NCBI GenBank assembly: GCA_963575745.1
Contig: CAUYUJ010000208.1
Coordinates: 1-64,000, forward strand
Reading direction: 5' to 3'
DNA length: 64,000 bases
From: Prorocentrum cordatum
Taxonomy: Eukaryota
Shown: positions 1-12,671 of the stretch, one piece after another
How the letters are laid out: the number at the start of each line of letters is the position of its first letter
Position numbering within the stretch: position 1 is the first letter of the stretch
The notes under the pieces: generated by a model
What the model was told of the DNA's origin: nothing
The model's database searches: none
The model's input: the letters and a program-made list of their open reading frames with translations, nothing else
Translations under genes and position numbers: made by a program

Positions 1-3000
1 GTGGGCAAGTGCCGCGGGCCCAGTGGCTGCCTGTCTTGACGATTAAGCGCCATCGATGCCACCCCGCCGATCCCGGCGCTCTGGCTAGCGCCGGCTGCGG
101 GCCTGGCAAAGCCAGCCATCGCGCGCGCGAGCGGCGGCGACACGTGCGCGCTTGTGGGCGCGGGCCGAAAACCAGGGAAACCACTCCGGCGCGCAGTGCG
201 GGGGCGCGGCGGCGACGGGCGGGGGCCTGCCGAAATTTCGGCGCACTCGGCCAACGATTGGGAAGGGGTAAAACGTGCGTTGCGCAAGCATTGTCTCGGA
301 GGCTTGCGAGGAAAAGAGGGCGGCGCGGTCGCGCCCAACCAGGCGGCGCGCTCTCGAGCAGGCGTGGCCACAGGCATCAAGCCGCCGATGGCGATGTCCA
401 GAGAGGGGGGGCAGCGTGCGCCGGATACGTCCCGGTCTGCGCTCCTGCGTCGTTATTTCCGTCATCGCGTGAACACTCGCACCCGATCCGCCGCTTCTAG
501 TTTGGCAGAGCTGGAGGCGATCAGGGCGCGCCGACGGGGGAGGGCGAAGGGAGGGGGGGGGGCGACGGCAGGGGAGGGGCCAGGAATCAGCTTTCAGTGT
601 TCTGGAGGTCGGCTGGGTGCACGGCGGATGATCCCCTCGCGCGGGGCCCCGACATGATGTCCGCGATGGCGTCCGCGTTTTCGTGCCCCGCGGCCAGACG
701 TAGCTCCCGTGCAGCGACCTCTCTCGCCCCAGCCGCAGCGCGTGCCTGGCGCGCCAGAGGAGGCCAGCCCCGCCAGGCCGTGCGCAGACAGGCGCGGTAG
801 CCGAGCATCGCCGAAGGGCATGGGCGTGCGTCCCAGTAGCGCCGAATGCTCGATGACCGGTGTTCAGATCGGGGCCATCGTCGCCCGGCCCAACCTGCCG
901 CCGCCAGAAGCCACTTCCGGCCGCGAGCGTTTCCGCATTCAGCTCGTCTGCGCGGAGGCCCCCCCCCACCGCGCCCCGCTGCGCGCGCGCTGCTCCTCCG
1001 CGCGCGAGTGCACCAGGTCTCGCGCGGAAAGTGTAGCGCGTTAGAAAGCAGCGACGCCTCCGCGCGATGGGGCGCGAGCGCCGGTGCGGGGGCGGGGCTC
1101 GAGACAGCGTAGGCCGACGGTGATAATCGCGTGCTTGCCCCGGGGCGCGGCGAGAAGCGGGGCGAGGCGGCGGCGGACGGGGGGGGGCATGCGCAGCCGC
1201 CGCTCCTCGGCACCGATCGGCGGCGGCGGGCGCGCCGCGCCAGTGGCGCGATTCCCTCGCGACGACGCTTCTGCATGTGCTTTGCGCGGGCAGTGCAGCG
1301 GCAGAGCGAAAGGCGTCGCGCGCGTCATTTCCATGGGCGAGCGCCGGCAGTGGCCGCGCAGCGCGCGCCGCGCGTCTGGCCCATCGAGCGCGGGGACTCG
1401 CAATTCCATCCCCGCCGCCCTGGCAGCGAACAGCGTCGGAGCAGAGAGCGCCCGAGCGCCTGCCCTCTCCGCAGCGCGCGCCGCCAATGTGGGGGCCGAC
1501 GCCGCGCTGCTCGCGGTGGGCGCTCCTCTCGTGGTTGGCCGGCTTCTCATCGGCAAGCCGCGCGCCGCCAGGGTCGACCAGCGGGCTTGGGCGAAGAGGT
1601 TCGCCCAGTCACGCCGCGCCCGCCCTCCGATTGCAGCGCGTTCGCGGCGCGCAGGAAGCCCCGGGAGTTCCGACGCGCGCGGAGCGACGCGCGCGACATG
1701 TTGCCATCGCCGAGCTAGCGCGCTAGCGCGCGCGCCGTGCTGGCGGCGTCGCGCGGACGCGCGACAGGCGCGGGCGTCAGGCGCCCAGCTCGGTCCGAAA
1801 TGGCAGCGCGCGGGCCATTCGATCGCGCCGCAACGCATGCGCTTCCCCGTGCTTCTTGTTTCTCCGGGACCCACCGCTTCCCAACACCTTCTGGTGCATC
1901 TTTGGGGTCGCCGGCCGATCGTCGACGCGGCTCGAGCACTTGACTTGGTCGCGCCCAGCGCATTCTTTGCACGCCATGGCCAGAAGCACCTCGCTATAAC
2001 TTTGGGGCGCATGGGGGGCGGAGCGGCTGGGTGGGGCGGGGTGGTCGTTGCAGCACATGCGCGCCGCATTCGGTGCGTAGCTTCCGTGGGCGCCTGGGCG
2101 TCGATGACAAAGCTGCGCGCCGTCGCTGCCGGGTTTGTTAGCCTGCCCTGCGTTTCTCATGCTCGCGGAACTTGCGCTCGTCGCGATTGTTCTGGTTCGC
2201 AAGTGCGCCAAATCGCGCTGCAGTTGCAGAGCGTTCGTGCATCCGAGAAAGAGCAAGCGGACGCAGGGCGGATGCGCTCCGCTTGCGCGCCGGGCACCGA
2301 CGCATCGGCGGCGGCGGGCTTCCGCGCCCAGGAGGCGTTTCCCGCGGCGACGATGCGTCGGTGAGACGTCGCCCCGCGGTTCTGGGTGCGCCGGCGCGCC
2401 AGCTGATTTCCATGTCGAATCGGAGGCGGCCCCTTCCGCCGGATTGCACGGCGCGCGCGCGCGCCGAGCGCGGCTGCGCCAAGGGCAACAAGCCTAGGCA
2501 GCGCCACGGAAGACGGTGCCTGCGCGCGCGATTGGAGCAAGCAGTGCCCCGACGGCGCGGCGCAGCCTGCGGCGCGGCGCCGACGACGGACCGAGTTCAA
2601 TCGCGCGAGGGTGGCTGTGGATGGAGGGGGGCGGTTGCGCCGCGCCCCCTTCCTACGAGTTCGTCGGCGCCCGCTCTGCGCGGGCGTCGAGAGATGCTGA
2701 TCGGCGCGAGCGCGCCAGGACCCTGCAAGGCAGCGCAAGATTTCACATTTGCAGATGTGGCTTCGAAGCGTCGGTTCGCGTTGTCTTGCCGTTCGCCGTG
2801 GCCCTGCGCAGAAGGATCGCGACGGCCACCTTGCCCCGCGATTGTCCGTCTTTCTTTTTTTTGGCCGCTCGGCCAGGGGCGGCGCGTCCACTTCAGCCGC
2901 CGTTGGCGGATCGCGCCGCGCTGGGCGCTTGGCGACGCGCAGATGAGTGCCCGCGCGGCCGGGATTACGACGTTTGTCCTCGCGGCGCCCGCCCGTCGCA

Positions 3001-6000
3001 CCGCGCGGCGATCGGCCACCGCGGGCTTCGCATTGGCGCGGCGCCAGGATGGCGCGGTGCCGACGGCGGAGTGTGCGTGGCGCACCAAAATGAAATTTCC
3101 AAGAATAAGCGACGCCGCGCGAACGGACTCGGCCAGCCGACACGGGCCCGGCTTCGCAAGGTGCCGCCACGCATTTGTTTTTGACGCCATGGGCGTAGGG
3201 GCGAAGCAGGCGCGCCGCAGCAGATTGGCAAGTGCCAGCTCAGATGAATGAGAGCGCGAGGAGCTTGCTGCCGCGTGCAATTTCACGTGGCCTTGCCGGC
3301 CAGAGTGTTCACCGGATCTGAGGCAGCCAGCAGTTGGCGCTGCGCTTGTCGACGCAGGCAGAGCGCGCGCAGGTCCCCGTGTCCGCAGGCAAGCAGGGGC
3401 AATCTCGCGCGCGCGCGTTTAACGAGCCCCCGCGGGCGCAGGCGTCGCTTTTGGCACGCGCCGAATCGCTGTTCAATCGTGAGGGGTGGGCGACGGCGGT
3501 AGATTTGTGCGTGGCGCGACGCATGTCCATCGAGCCAGCGCCGCGCAGGGGGATGGATGACGCCCGCGCGCGCGCTGGTAGCGAATTGATTTGTCGGGCA
3601 GGCGCCGCCGACGTATGTCGGCGCGCCGCAGCCGCGCGAGAGCCACATTGGTCGCCAGCGCGCATCGAGTCGCTACGTTCGAGGTAAGTGCCCCGGCGCG
3701 CTGAACGCGACAGGATTGACCGCGTCGCAGAAGAGCGCGATCGGCCCCCGCTCGCCGCGGGCGAGCCAGCCGCGCCGAGCCGTGCGGTCGAATTCTTGCA
3801 GCGACCAAGTGCGGGATCGCGTACCCTTGCTAATAGTGGAAGAACCGCGTTGTTGGTCGTCGTCCGCAGGTTCGCGCTGCTTCTGCGGAAGCCAGCGCGC
3901 GTGCCGCGTCACGCCGGTTCTGCGATGCGCGAGTTCCACGTGGACGAAGCTGTCCGAAGGCTCTGCACCAAGCGCGGAGATCTTTCGGATCTGGTCGCGA
4001 ATGATCTGCGTCGGACTGGATCAGGCGCAGCTCGCGCCAGTGCTCGCGGGGCGGTCTGGCCAATTGGTCGTCGAGATCATTTCGCTCGCCTCGGCTCCTG
4101 GCCAGGGCGGGGGCGGGCCTGCTGAGCGGGCGGGGGCGCGGGATCGGGCGGAGCTTCAATCGCGCACGTCGCCCATGCATGTCTCCCGGCACGGCCCCCA
4201 GACCCAGTCAGACGGGTCGTGGGTGACTTGTGAAGCGTGACCAACTTCGCGGCGCCACTTCTCCGCTGCGCCGCGGGCGATCCGCCGCATGGGCCCACCG
4301 ATTCTACGGCCTGCCACTTTTGCTCGTGGCGCAGGCCCAGCTGGTGCCGTGGCATCCTTGGGCGCCGAACCGCCGAGTGCGTTCGGTCGGCGACTCGTCG
4401 CGCGGGCGCGGGGCGCGAAATCCCGCAGTCTGTCGAGTGGGCGAGTGCTGCAGGCCCAGTGTGTCTTGACGATTAAGCTCCTTTCAGCGGGATGCCCCCC
4501 CGCCGATCCCGGCGCTCTGGCAAGCGCCGGTCGCGGGCCCGGCAAGGCCAGCCATCGCGCGCGCGAGCGGCGACGACGAGGGCGCGTTTGCGGGCGCGGG
4601 CCGAAAACAAGGGAAAACAATCCCGCGCGCAGTGCGGGGGCGCGGCGGCGACGGGCGGGGGCCGGCCGAAATTTCGGCGCATTCGGCCAATGACGCGGGA
4701 GAAACCATAAAACATGCGTTGCGTAGGCGTTGTTTGGGAGGCTTGCGAGGACAAGGGGGCGGCGCGGCCGCGCCCGACAAGGCGGCGCGCATTCGAGCAG
4801 GCGTCGCCACGGGCATCAAGCCGCCGATGGCGATGTCCAGAGAGGAGGACCCTTCGTCGGATACGCCCCAGTCTGCGGTCCTGCGTCGTTGTTTCCGTCA
4901 TCGCTTGAACACTCACCCCCAATCCGCCCCTTCTACTTTGGCGGGGGTCGAGGCGATCAGGGCGCGTGGGCGTGGGAGGGCGAGGGGGGGGGCGACGGCA
5001 GGAGAGGGGCCAGGAAGCAGCTTTCAGTGTTCTGGAGGTCGGCTGGGTGCACGGCGGATGATGCCCTCGCGCGGGGCCCCGCCACGGTGTCTGCGATGAC
5101 ATCCGCGCCATCGTGCCCCGCGGCCAGACGCAGCTCCCGCGCAGCGACACTTCGCACTCAGGCCGCAGCGCGCCCCTGGCGCGCCAGGGGTGGCCAGCGC
5201 GCTGGGCGCGGACTAGCGCGAACGCTCGATGACCCACTGCCCGCAGTCGGGGCCATCGTGCGCCCAGCCCCAGCTGCCCGCCGCCAGAGCCACTTCCGCC
5301 GCGAGCGTTTGCCACTCCGCCTGTCTGCGCGGGCCGCGCCCCGCGGCGCGAGCGCACTTCTCCGCGCGCGAGGGCGCGCGGAGGTGGCATCGCGCCGCGA
5401 ACGGCGGAGCCGCGCCGCGCGAGGGGGCACGCGCGCGCGGGCGGGGCCGCGCGAGGGCGGGAGGACATCGACGCGGCGGCCCGGGCATTCGCGGCGACGC
5501 AGCAGCTTGCGCCGCCAGATTGGCACGTGGCGCAGGCCCAGCTGGTGCCGCGGTATCCTTGGGCGCCGGACCGCCGAGCGCGTTCGGTCGGCGGCTCGTC
5601 GCGCGGGCGCGGAGCGCGAAATCCCGCGGTCTGTCGAGTGGGCAAGTGCCGCGGGCCCAGTGGCTGCCTGTCTTGACGATTAAGCGCCATCGATGCCACC
5701 CCGCCGATCCCGGCGCTCTGGCAAGCGCCGGCCGCGGGCCTGGCAAAGCCAGCCATCGCGCGCGCGAGCGGCGGCGACACGTGCGCGCTTGTGGGCGCGG
5801 GCCGAAAACCAGGGAAACCAATCCGGCGCGCAGTGCGGCGACGCGGCGGCGACGGGCGGGGGCCTGCCGAAATTTCGGCGCACTCGGCCAACGATTGGGA
5901 AGGGGTAAAACGTGCGTTGCGCAAGCATTGTCTCGGAGGCTTGCGAGGAAAAGAGGGCGGCGCGGTCGCGCCCAACCAGGCGGCGCGCTCTCGAGCAGGC

Positions 6001-8657
6001 GTGGCCACAGGCATCAAGCCGCCGATGGCGATGTCCAGAGAGGGGGGGCAGCGTGCGCCGGATACGTCCCGGTCTGCGCTCCTGCGTCGTTATTTCCGTC
6101 ATCGCGTGAACGCTCACACCCAATCCGCCGCTTCTAGTTTGGCAGAGCTGGAGGCGATCAGGGCGCGCCGACGGGGGAGGGCGAAGGGAAGGGGGGGGCG
6201 ACGGCAGGGGAGGGGCCAGGAATCAGCTTTCAGTGTTCTGGAGGTCGGCTGGGTGCACGGCGGATGATCCCCTCGCGCGGGGCCCCGCCATGATGTCCGC
6301 GATGGCCAGACGTAGCTCCCGCGCAGCGACCTCTCTCACCCCAGCCGCAGCGCGTGCCTGGCGCGCCAGGGCAGGCCAGCCCGCCAGGCCAGTGGCGCAG
6401 CAGGCGCGGGCAGCATCGCCGAAGGGGCATGGGCGTGCTCCCAGTAGCGCGAATGCTCGATGACCGATTGTTAAGAATCGGGGCCATCGTGCGCCCGGCC
6501 CAACCTGCCCGCCGCCAGAGCCACTTCCGCCGCGAGCGTTCGCAATTCAGCTCGTCTGCGCGGGCCGCGCCCCGCGGCGCGAGCGCGCTCCTCCGCGCGC
6601 GAGGGCGGGGGGGCGCGCGGAAGTGGTAGCGCGCCGCGAAAAGCAGAGACGCGCCGCGCGATGGGGCGCGAGCGCCGGGGCGGGGGAGGGGCTCGAGACA
6701 GCGAGGCCGACGGGGGGGCGGAGGGGGCGCTGCCCCAGGGGCAGCGGGCGAGAAGGCGGGCGAGGCGTCGGCGGAAGGGGGGGGGCAAGCGCAGCCGCCG
6801 CTCCTCGGCACCGATCGGCGGCGGCGGGCACGCCGCGCCAGTGGCGCGATTCCCTCGCGACGACGCTTCTGCATGTGCTTTGCGCGGGCAGTGCAGCGGC
6901 AGAGCGAAAGGCGTCTCGCGCGCCATTTCCATGGGCGAGCGCCGGCAGCGGCCGCGCAGCGCGCGCCGCGCGTCTGGCCCATCGAGCGCGGGGACTCGCA
7001 ATTCCATCCCAGCCGCCCTGGCAGCGAACAGCGTCGGAGCAGAGAGTGCCCGAGCGCCTGCCCTCTCCGCGGCGCGCGCCGCCAATGAGGGGGCCGACGC
7101 CGCGCTGCTCGCGGTGGGCGCTCCTCTCGTGGTTGGCCAGCTTCTCATCGGCAAGCCGCGCGCCGCCAGGGTCGACCAGCGGGCTTGGACGAAGAGGTTC
7201 GCCCAGTCACGCCGCGCCCGCCATCCGATTGCAGCGCGTTCGCGGCGCGCAGGAAGCCCCGGGAGTTCCGACGCGCGCGGAGCGACGCGCGCGCGACATG
7301 TTGCCATCGCCGAGCTAGCGCGCGCGCCGTGCTGGCGGCGTCGCGCGGATGCGCGACAGGCGCGGGCGTTGGGCGCCCAGCTCGGTCCGACATGGCAGCG
7401 CGCGGGCCATTCGATCGCGCCGCAACGCATGCGCTTCCCCGTGCTTCTTGCTTCTCCGGGACCCACCGCTTCCAACACCTTCGGGTGCATCTTTGGGTCG
7501 CCGGCCGATCGTCGACGCGGCTGGAGGCAACTTGACTTGGGCGCGCCCAGCGCATTCTTTGCACGCCATGGCCAGAAGCACCTCGCTATAACTTTGGGGC
7601 GCATGGGGCGCGGAGCGGCAGGGTGGGGCGGGGTGGTCGTTGCAGCATATGCGCGCCGCATTATGTGCGTAGCTTCCGTGGGCGCCTGGGCGTCGATGAC
7701 AAAGCGGTGCGCCGTCGCTGCCGGGTTTGTTAGCCTGCCCTGCGTTTCTCATGCTCACGGAACTTGCGCTCGTCGCGATTGTTCTGGTTCGCAAGTGCGC
7801 CAAATCGCGCTGCAGTTGCAGAGCGTTCGTGCATCCGAGAAAGAGCAAGCGGACGCAGGACGGATGCGCTCCGCTTGCGCGCCGGGCACCGACGCATCGG
7901 CGGCGGCGGGCTTCCGCGCCCAGGAGGCGTTTCCCGCGGCGACGATGCGTCGGTGAGACGTCGCCCCGCGGTTCTGGGTGCGCCGGCGCGCCAGCTGATT
8001 TCCATGTCGAATCGGAGGCGGCCCCTTCCGCCGGATTGCACGGCGCGCGCGCGCGCCGAGCGCGGCTGCGCCAAGGGCAACAAGCCTAGGCAGCGCCACG
8101 GAAGACGGTGCCTGCGCGCGCGATTGGAGCAAGCAGTGCCCCGACGGCGCGGCGCAGCCTGCGGCGCGGCGCAGCTTGCGGCGCGGCGCCGACGACGGAC
8201 CGAGTTCAATCGCGCGAGGGTGGCTGTGGATGGAGGGGGGCGGTTGCGCAGCGCCCCCTTCCTACGAGTTCGTCGGCGCCCGCTCTGCGCGGGCGTCGAG
8301 AGATGCTGATCGGCGCGAGCGCGCCAGGACCCTGCAAGGCAGCGCAAGATTTCACATTTGCAGATGTGGCTTCGAAGCGTCGGTTCGCGTTGTCTTGCCG
8401 TTCGCCGTGGCCCTGCGCAGAAGGATCGCGACGGCCACCTTGCCCCGCGATTGTCCGTCTTTTTTTTTTTGGCCGCTCGGCCAGGGGCGGCGCGTCCACT
8501 TCAGCCGCCGTTGGCGGATCGCGCCGCGCTGGGCGCTTGGCGACGCGCAGATGAGTGCCCGCGCGGCCGGGATTACGACGTTTGTCCTCGCGGCGCCCGC
8601 CCGTCGTACCGCGCGGCGATCGGCCACCGCCGGCTTCGCATTGGCGCGGCACCAGGA
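1..8657. repeat. Nested segmental tandem duplication: 1-3049 repeated at 5638-8657 (offset ~5.6 kb), plus a more diverged ~1.1 kb copy at ~4326-5400 of the ~5525-6600 segment
   Basis: gtgggcaagtgccgcgggcc occurs at 1 and 5638. Translations are near-identical (9..500 vs 5229..6137; 1084..2364 vs 6661..7956). Similarity ends near cattggcgcggc at ~3040 and ~8650. Confidence 0.9.
3334..4030 (+). pseudogene. Possible decayed relic of a YR-retroelement ORF1-like gene
   Basis: ASLLARAESLFNREGWATAVDL resembles ASWLEAAVTALKGQGVATIADL in element 2 ORF1. A GTAAG donor follows at 3684. The rest cannot be aligned reliably. Confidence 0.3.
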
Positions 8658-9794
8658 GGACGCGGGCCTTGGGAATTCAAGGCAGTTTGAACATGCAACC
8701 CCGGGCCTTAGCCGCGCCCATGAGCGGCGACCGAACGGTCGCCCAAGTCTCGGGTTCGTGCGCCCATTAAATGTTATTAGCCTGGGCGATGCAGAAGTCT
8801 CTGCGCGCGAGCCGCCGCGCGCGCGGCGCCGCCGCCGCTGCGCATCCACGGCGGCAGGAAGATCGCTGCGGGAAGAGCCCGAGGCCCAAGCCTTCCAATG
8901 CTAGGAACGGCGCGCCCCTAGCCTGCGATGGCGCAGACGCGCTGCCAAAAGATTCTCAGTTGCATCTCAAGCAACCAAGGACTGTTTCACTCGCTCTGCC
9001 ATCAACGGCCAAGAGTCGCGCTGGTAGCCGTGGAAGAAGCCCCTTCGGTGGATGCAGTGCGAAAGCGTTTGTCGGTGCTCGCCCGCGCTGCTGCGACCTC
9101 TCGCGGGCGGCGCGCTCAGCGCAGTCTTGCCCTCCAGGAGTTGCGCCCCAGACTCGCCGCCATTGGTTCCTCGAGGAATCAGTCTTCCATGGGGGAATTG
9201 TAAACGCTGCCATGTTGCGCGCCATGGCAGCTATGGGCTATGGGCCTAGGGCGCTTTGCGAAATGGCGATATGGACCGCATCTATGCGTCTTAAGGCATA
9301 AACAAATGGAGCAGCCAACCAGTCATGAGCTACGAGCTATGAGCTATGGGTCATGGAACTGCGGGTTATGCGCCGCGGGCCATGGAGCTGGCAGCCATGG
9401 GGGATGCTGGCAGCGTTCGGCGAGCGGCGGCCGCTCGCCGCCCGCGGCCGCCAGTTGGCCTTCGGGAGTTTCCGCGACGGTGCCAGCTTCTCCGCAGCAG
9501 TCGCGGCCCCGCGGTCCTTCGCCGAAGCAGAGGGGCTCATATTGTCTTCGCGCGCCTCTCTTGCAATGGCCGCGCCGACGGGCGTTCCGGCCCGCCGGGC
9601 GAATGTCGAAGCGCACCGCGCGGCGCGGGCGAGGAGTAGGCGCGCGCGGCGCGGCGTGCAAGGCCGAGGGCCGCTGGCGCGCCGATGTTCTCGCGACGCG
9701 CGGGGCGCGGTGAAGGGGGGTGGAGGGCGAGCGACGCGATGGCAAGCGCGCCAGCCCAAGCGCTGATCGTTTGCTGACTACGCCAGCCAGCGAC

Positions 9795-9990
9795 ACCGTT
9801 GATCGGTTTCCGACCGCACCGGTGAAACCGTTTATCGGATTGCGCACAAACCGGTGAAAGGTTGATCGAAATTCAATAGAATTTTGATATATTTTGATAC
9901 AATTTTAACAAGCCGGTGAAACGACTATCGATTTTTGATACATTTTGATACACTTTGAGCAACGCCGGTGAAACGACAATACGTTTCCCA
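9795..9990. repeat. AT-rich cluster of short motifs (ccggtgaaa x4, ttttgata x4)
   Basis: ccggtgaaa at ~9819, 9851, 9913 and 9965, interspersed with ttttgata(c/t), in an otherwise very GC-rich background. Confidence 0.7.
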
Positions 9991-12035
9991 ACGCGCCAGC
10001 GCAAGGGCGCCCCACCCCTGACCGAACCGGCGAGCAGGCCCCGAGATCGCAAAAGGCGGGCGCGGGGGGCGGAGAAGTCTGGGAGGGCGCGGCAAGAAGG
10101 GGGGGGGGGGCCGGAGAAGTTTTCAAGGGGAGGGGGGGGGGGGTGCGCGGGAAAGCATGAGGGGCGCGCGCAGCGCGCGCTAAGTACCTCCCCCCCCCCC
10201 GCGCGCGCCACGCCTCGCCCCCGCCCGCCCGCGCGCAAGAGGCGCAGATCGAATGTGCCAGCTTCTCCTTTTGCGCGGCCAAGGCGCAATCGCGCCCGCC
10301 GCGCGTTCTCGGGGCCCCAGCTGCTTAGATGCACAGTTGTTTAATTGTATGTTCGATGTGTTCTAGCATTCGACTGGCCAGGGCAGCGCGCCTGGAGGCG
10401 GGCGCCAGCGGCGCAGCGGTCGAGCGATGGGCGAGAGCCGTCGAAATACGCGGACAGACGCCGCGCGGGCATGCCAGCAGGCCCCCAAGGAAAACGCGGG
10501 GGGCGGAGCGGCAGCGAGGCGCGCGAGAGGCGCGCCAACGCGGGGCGGGCGGGCCGAGAGGGGGCCAGGGCGCGGGGAAGGGGGGGGGGCGCGGTCGCAA
10601 AGGGGTGGCGCCATGCGGGCTGCGCGCCGAGGCCGTCGGGGCTCCTGGGCTCGCGAAGCGCGCGCCGCCCCGGGCAACCTTGGGCCCTCGCAAACTGTCC
10701 GCAGGTCCGAAGTCCTAGCTCCTAGCTCTGAAGTCCTACGTCCCACGTCCAGCTACGCCGCGCGCCCGATGTGTCGCGCCCAGCGCGCCGCGCCTACACG
10801 TTTTAATTCTTCCGTCCAAAGCTCCAAGTCTGAACGGTTAGTTTAAATGCTGAGGGCCAATGGATGCAGGGCCCATCTCCTGAGCCTTGAGCGGCTACAC
10901 CCTGCGCCGTCAACCCTAGCTCCTGAGCCGCGGGCCTCCGTCGGCCCTCCTGGGCGAGCGCCCCAGCCCCCCGCGGCCCGCCCCTTCCCCCCGCGCCCCC
11001 TCAGCCTTGAGCCTTGAGCCTCAGATGCCACCCTAAACTCCGAACAAACAATCAGCCATCGTAGATCCTTAGGTCTTAGGCACAGAATGATCATTATCCT
11101 TCCTGCGCCCTAAGCCTTCGGCCCTAAGCCGCCCGCCACCCCCCATCCGAGCCCTCATAAATGCCCTTAATCATCAGTCCCGAAACACCAGCAGCATTCA
11201 CAAGAAATTGCTCGCGCTGCTAGGCCTCAGACCCCGAGCAATTGCAAATCCAGAGCACTCCTGGCCTGCCCTGCCCCCTGTAATCGGCCCGCAGCCATCC
11301 TACCATTCCCGAGCACTTCTGGGCACCTTTGAGTCGCGCAGTTTAATCCTTGAGCCCCACGCCTTGATGGATTATATTGGATTAATACTACGCCGTGCTA
11401 CGCCCCAAAGAAATCCTACGTCTACCGTCTAAAACCCTCGCGCGACCCCCCGCGACCCCCCTCCCTCCGCGCCCTCCCCCTTATCCCCCTGAGGTCTGAA
11501 GCCATGCTATCCACCCTGCAGCTCTCGCATGCAGTGCTGGCCGCCCTGGGCCCTAAGTCCGATGTGCGAATTCCTAAGTCACAACCCCTCCTGATCCACA
11601 GTCAGCTTACCTGAGCCCCTCGCCCTCTCCTGCCAGCATTCGCATTCCCTAAGAATTCTGAGCCATGCGCAGACCTCCGAAGCCTTCCTGGGCCTTGCTG
11701 AGCACGCGCAACCCAGCCCTTCTTAGCCCTAAGTAAGCGACGTTGTCATTCCTACCGAAACCCTCTCCCGCCCTCGCGGGTTTTCTTGGGATTTGAAACA
11801 TCTTGGCACCCCCAAGGGCCATCTTTGACGTTGGGGCCTTGTTCAAGAGTCTAGGCGTCTAGGCTAGGCTAGGCTTTAGGAAGCCTTCATGGAACCCTCA
11901 AGGGCCACCATGGAACCCGCAAGGACCATCCATAATCTAGGCTGTAGGAAACCCCTAGGTCCCCGGAGGCCGTCTTGGATACTTCGAGAGCGACGTTCGG
12001 CTTTAGGTCGTTGGGGCGACCCGCGTAGGTGATAT

Positions 12036-12671
12036 GTGACGCGCAGTGGAAACAAGTGCCCCCCCCCCCCCGAGGTTGGCGGCGGAGAACTTGTCACCCA
12101 GCGGAGACGCGTGCTTGCCGAGCCCAGGAAGAGGTTCCAATGGGAGGATGACGACGATTTGGCGCGGTGCCATCTTCAATCTATGTGCCAGCAGCAGGGC
12201 AAGCCAGGCCCGATGGAAAACCCTTTCCCGTGGACCGGCCGTCCGACCGTGCAGTTGCGGGGTTTGGTGGGGCACCCCCGCGAGAAAGCTATCATCGATG
12301 TGTGTTGGATGCAGAGGTGCATGGATATGGGCGTCGACTGGGCCGACGTTTCAGCCGCAGACGGCTTCGCATGCGATATCAGCCAGAACGTGAAGAGGGC
12401 AGCCAACAAATCTCATCATGTATCCACGCCACTGCAGAACAGCTTTAAGTATTCATACGCTCACGATCGGCTCCTTGTGGCAGGAGATTGGGCTTCTTTG
12501 CTTGGTTGGCCGGTAGATGCTTTCGACCATTGGGACGAGCCCACGGCTCGCAAGATGATCGGCGAGAGCATCGCGTGTCAGCAGATGGGCACAGTCGCCA
12601 TGGCTGTGTGCAAGCACTTGCGGGCGCCTGGTCTTTTCATAGAGTTTGCATCGCCATCTGTTCCAGCTTAG
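12036..12671 (+). CDS. C-terminal exon or fragment of a DNMT5-like C5 cytosine methyltransferase (target-recognition region, motifs IX-X)
   Basis: CDISQNVKR resembles DNMT5 DLSQNVDR; DRLLVAGDWASLLGWP is motif IX-like; ARKMIGES is motif X-like. Upstream catalytic exons were not identified. Confidence 0.5.
   Translation: MTRSGNKCPPPPEVGGGELVTQRRRVLAEPRKRFQWEDDDDLARCHLQSMCQQQGKPGPMENPFPWTGRPTVQLRGLVGHPREKAIIDVCWMQRCMDMGVDWADVSAADGFACDISQNVKRAANKSHHVSTPLQNSFKYSYAHDRLLVAGDWASLLGWPVDAFDHWDEPTARKMIGESIACQQMGTVAMAVCKHLRAPGLFIEFASPSVPA

Noticed and set aside
1084..3251. RT-like fragments (RPIVDA, FADVAS) in the large repeat
   Set aside because: Isolated short matches, with no YxDD or correctly spaced motifs.
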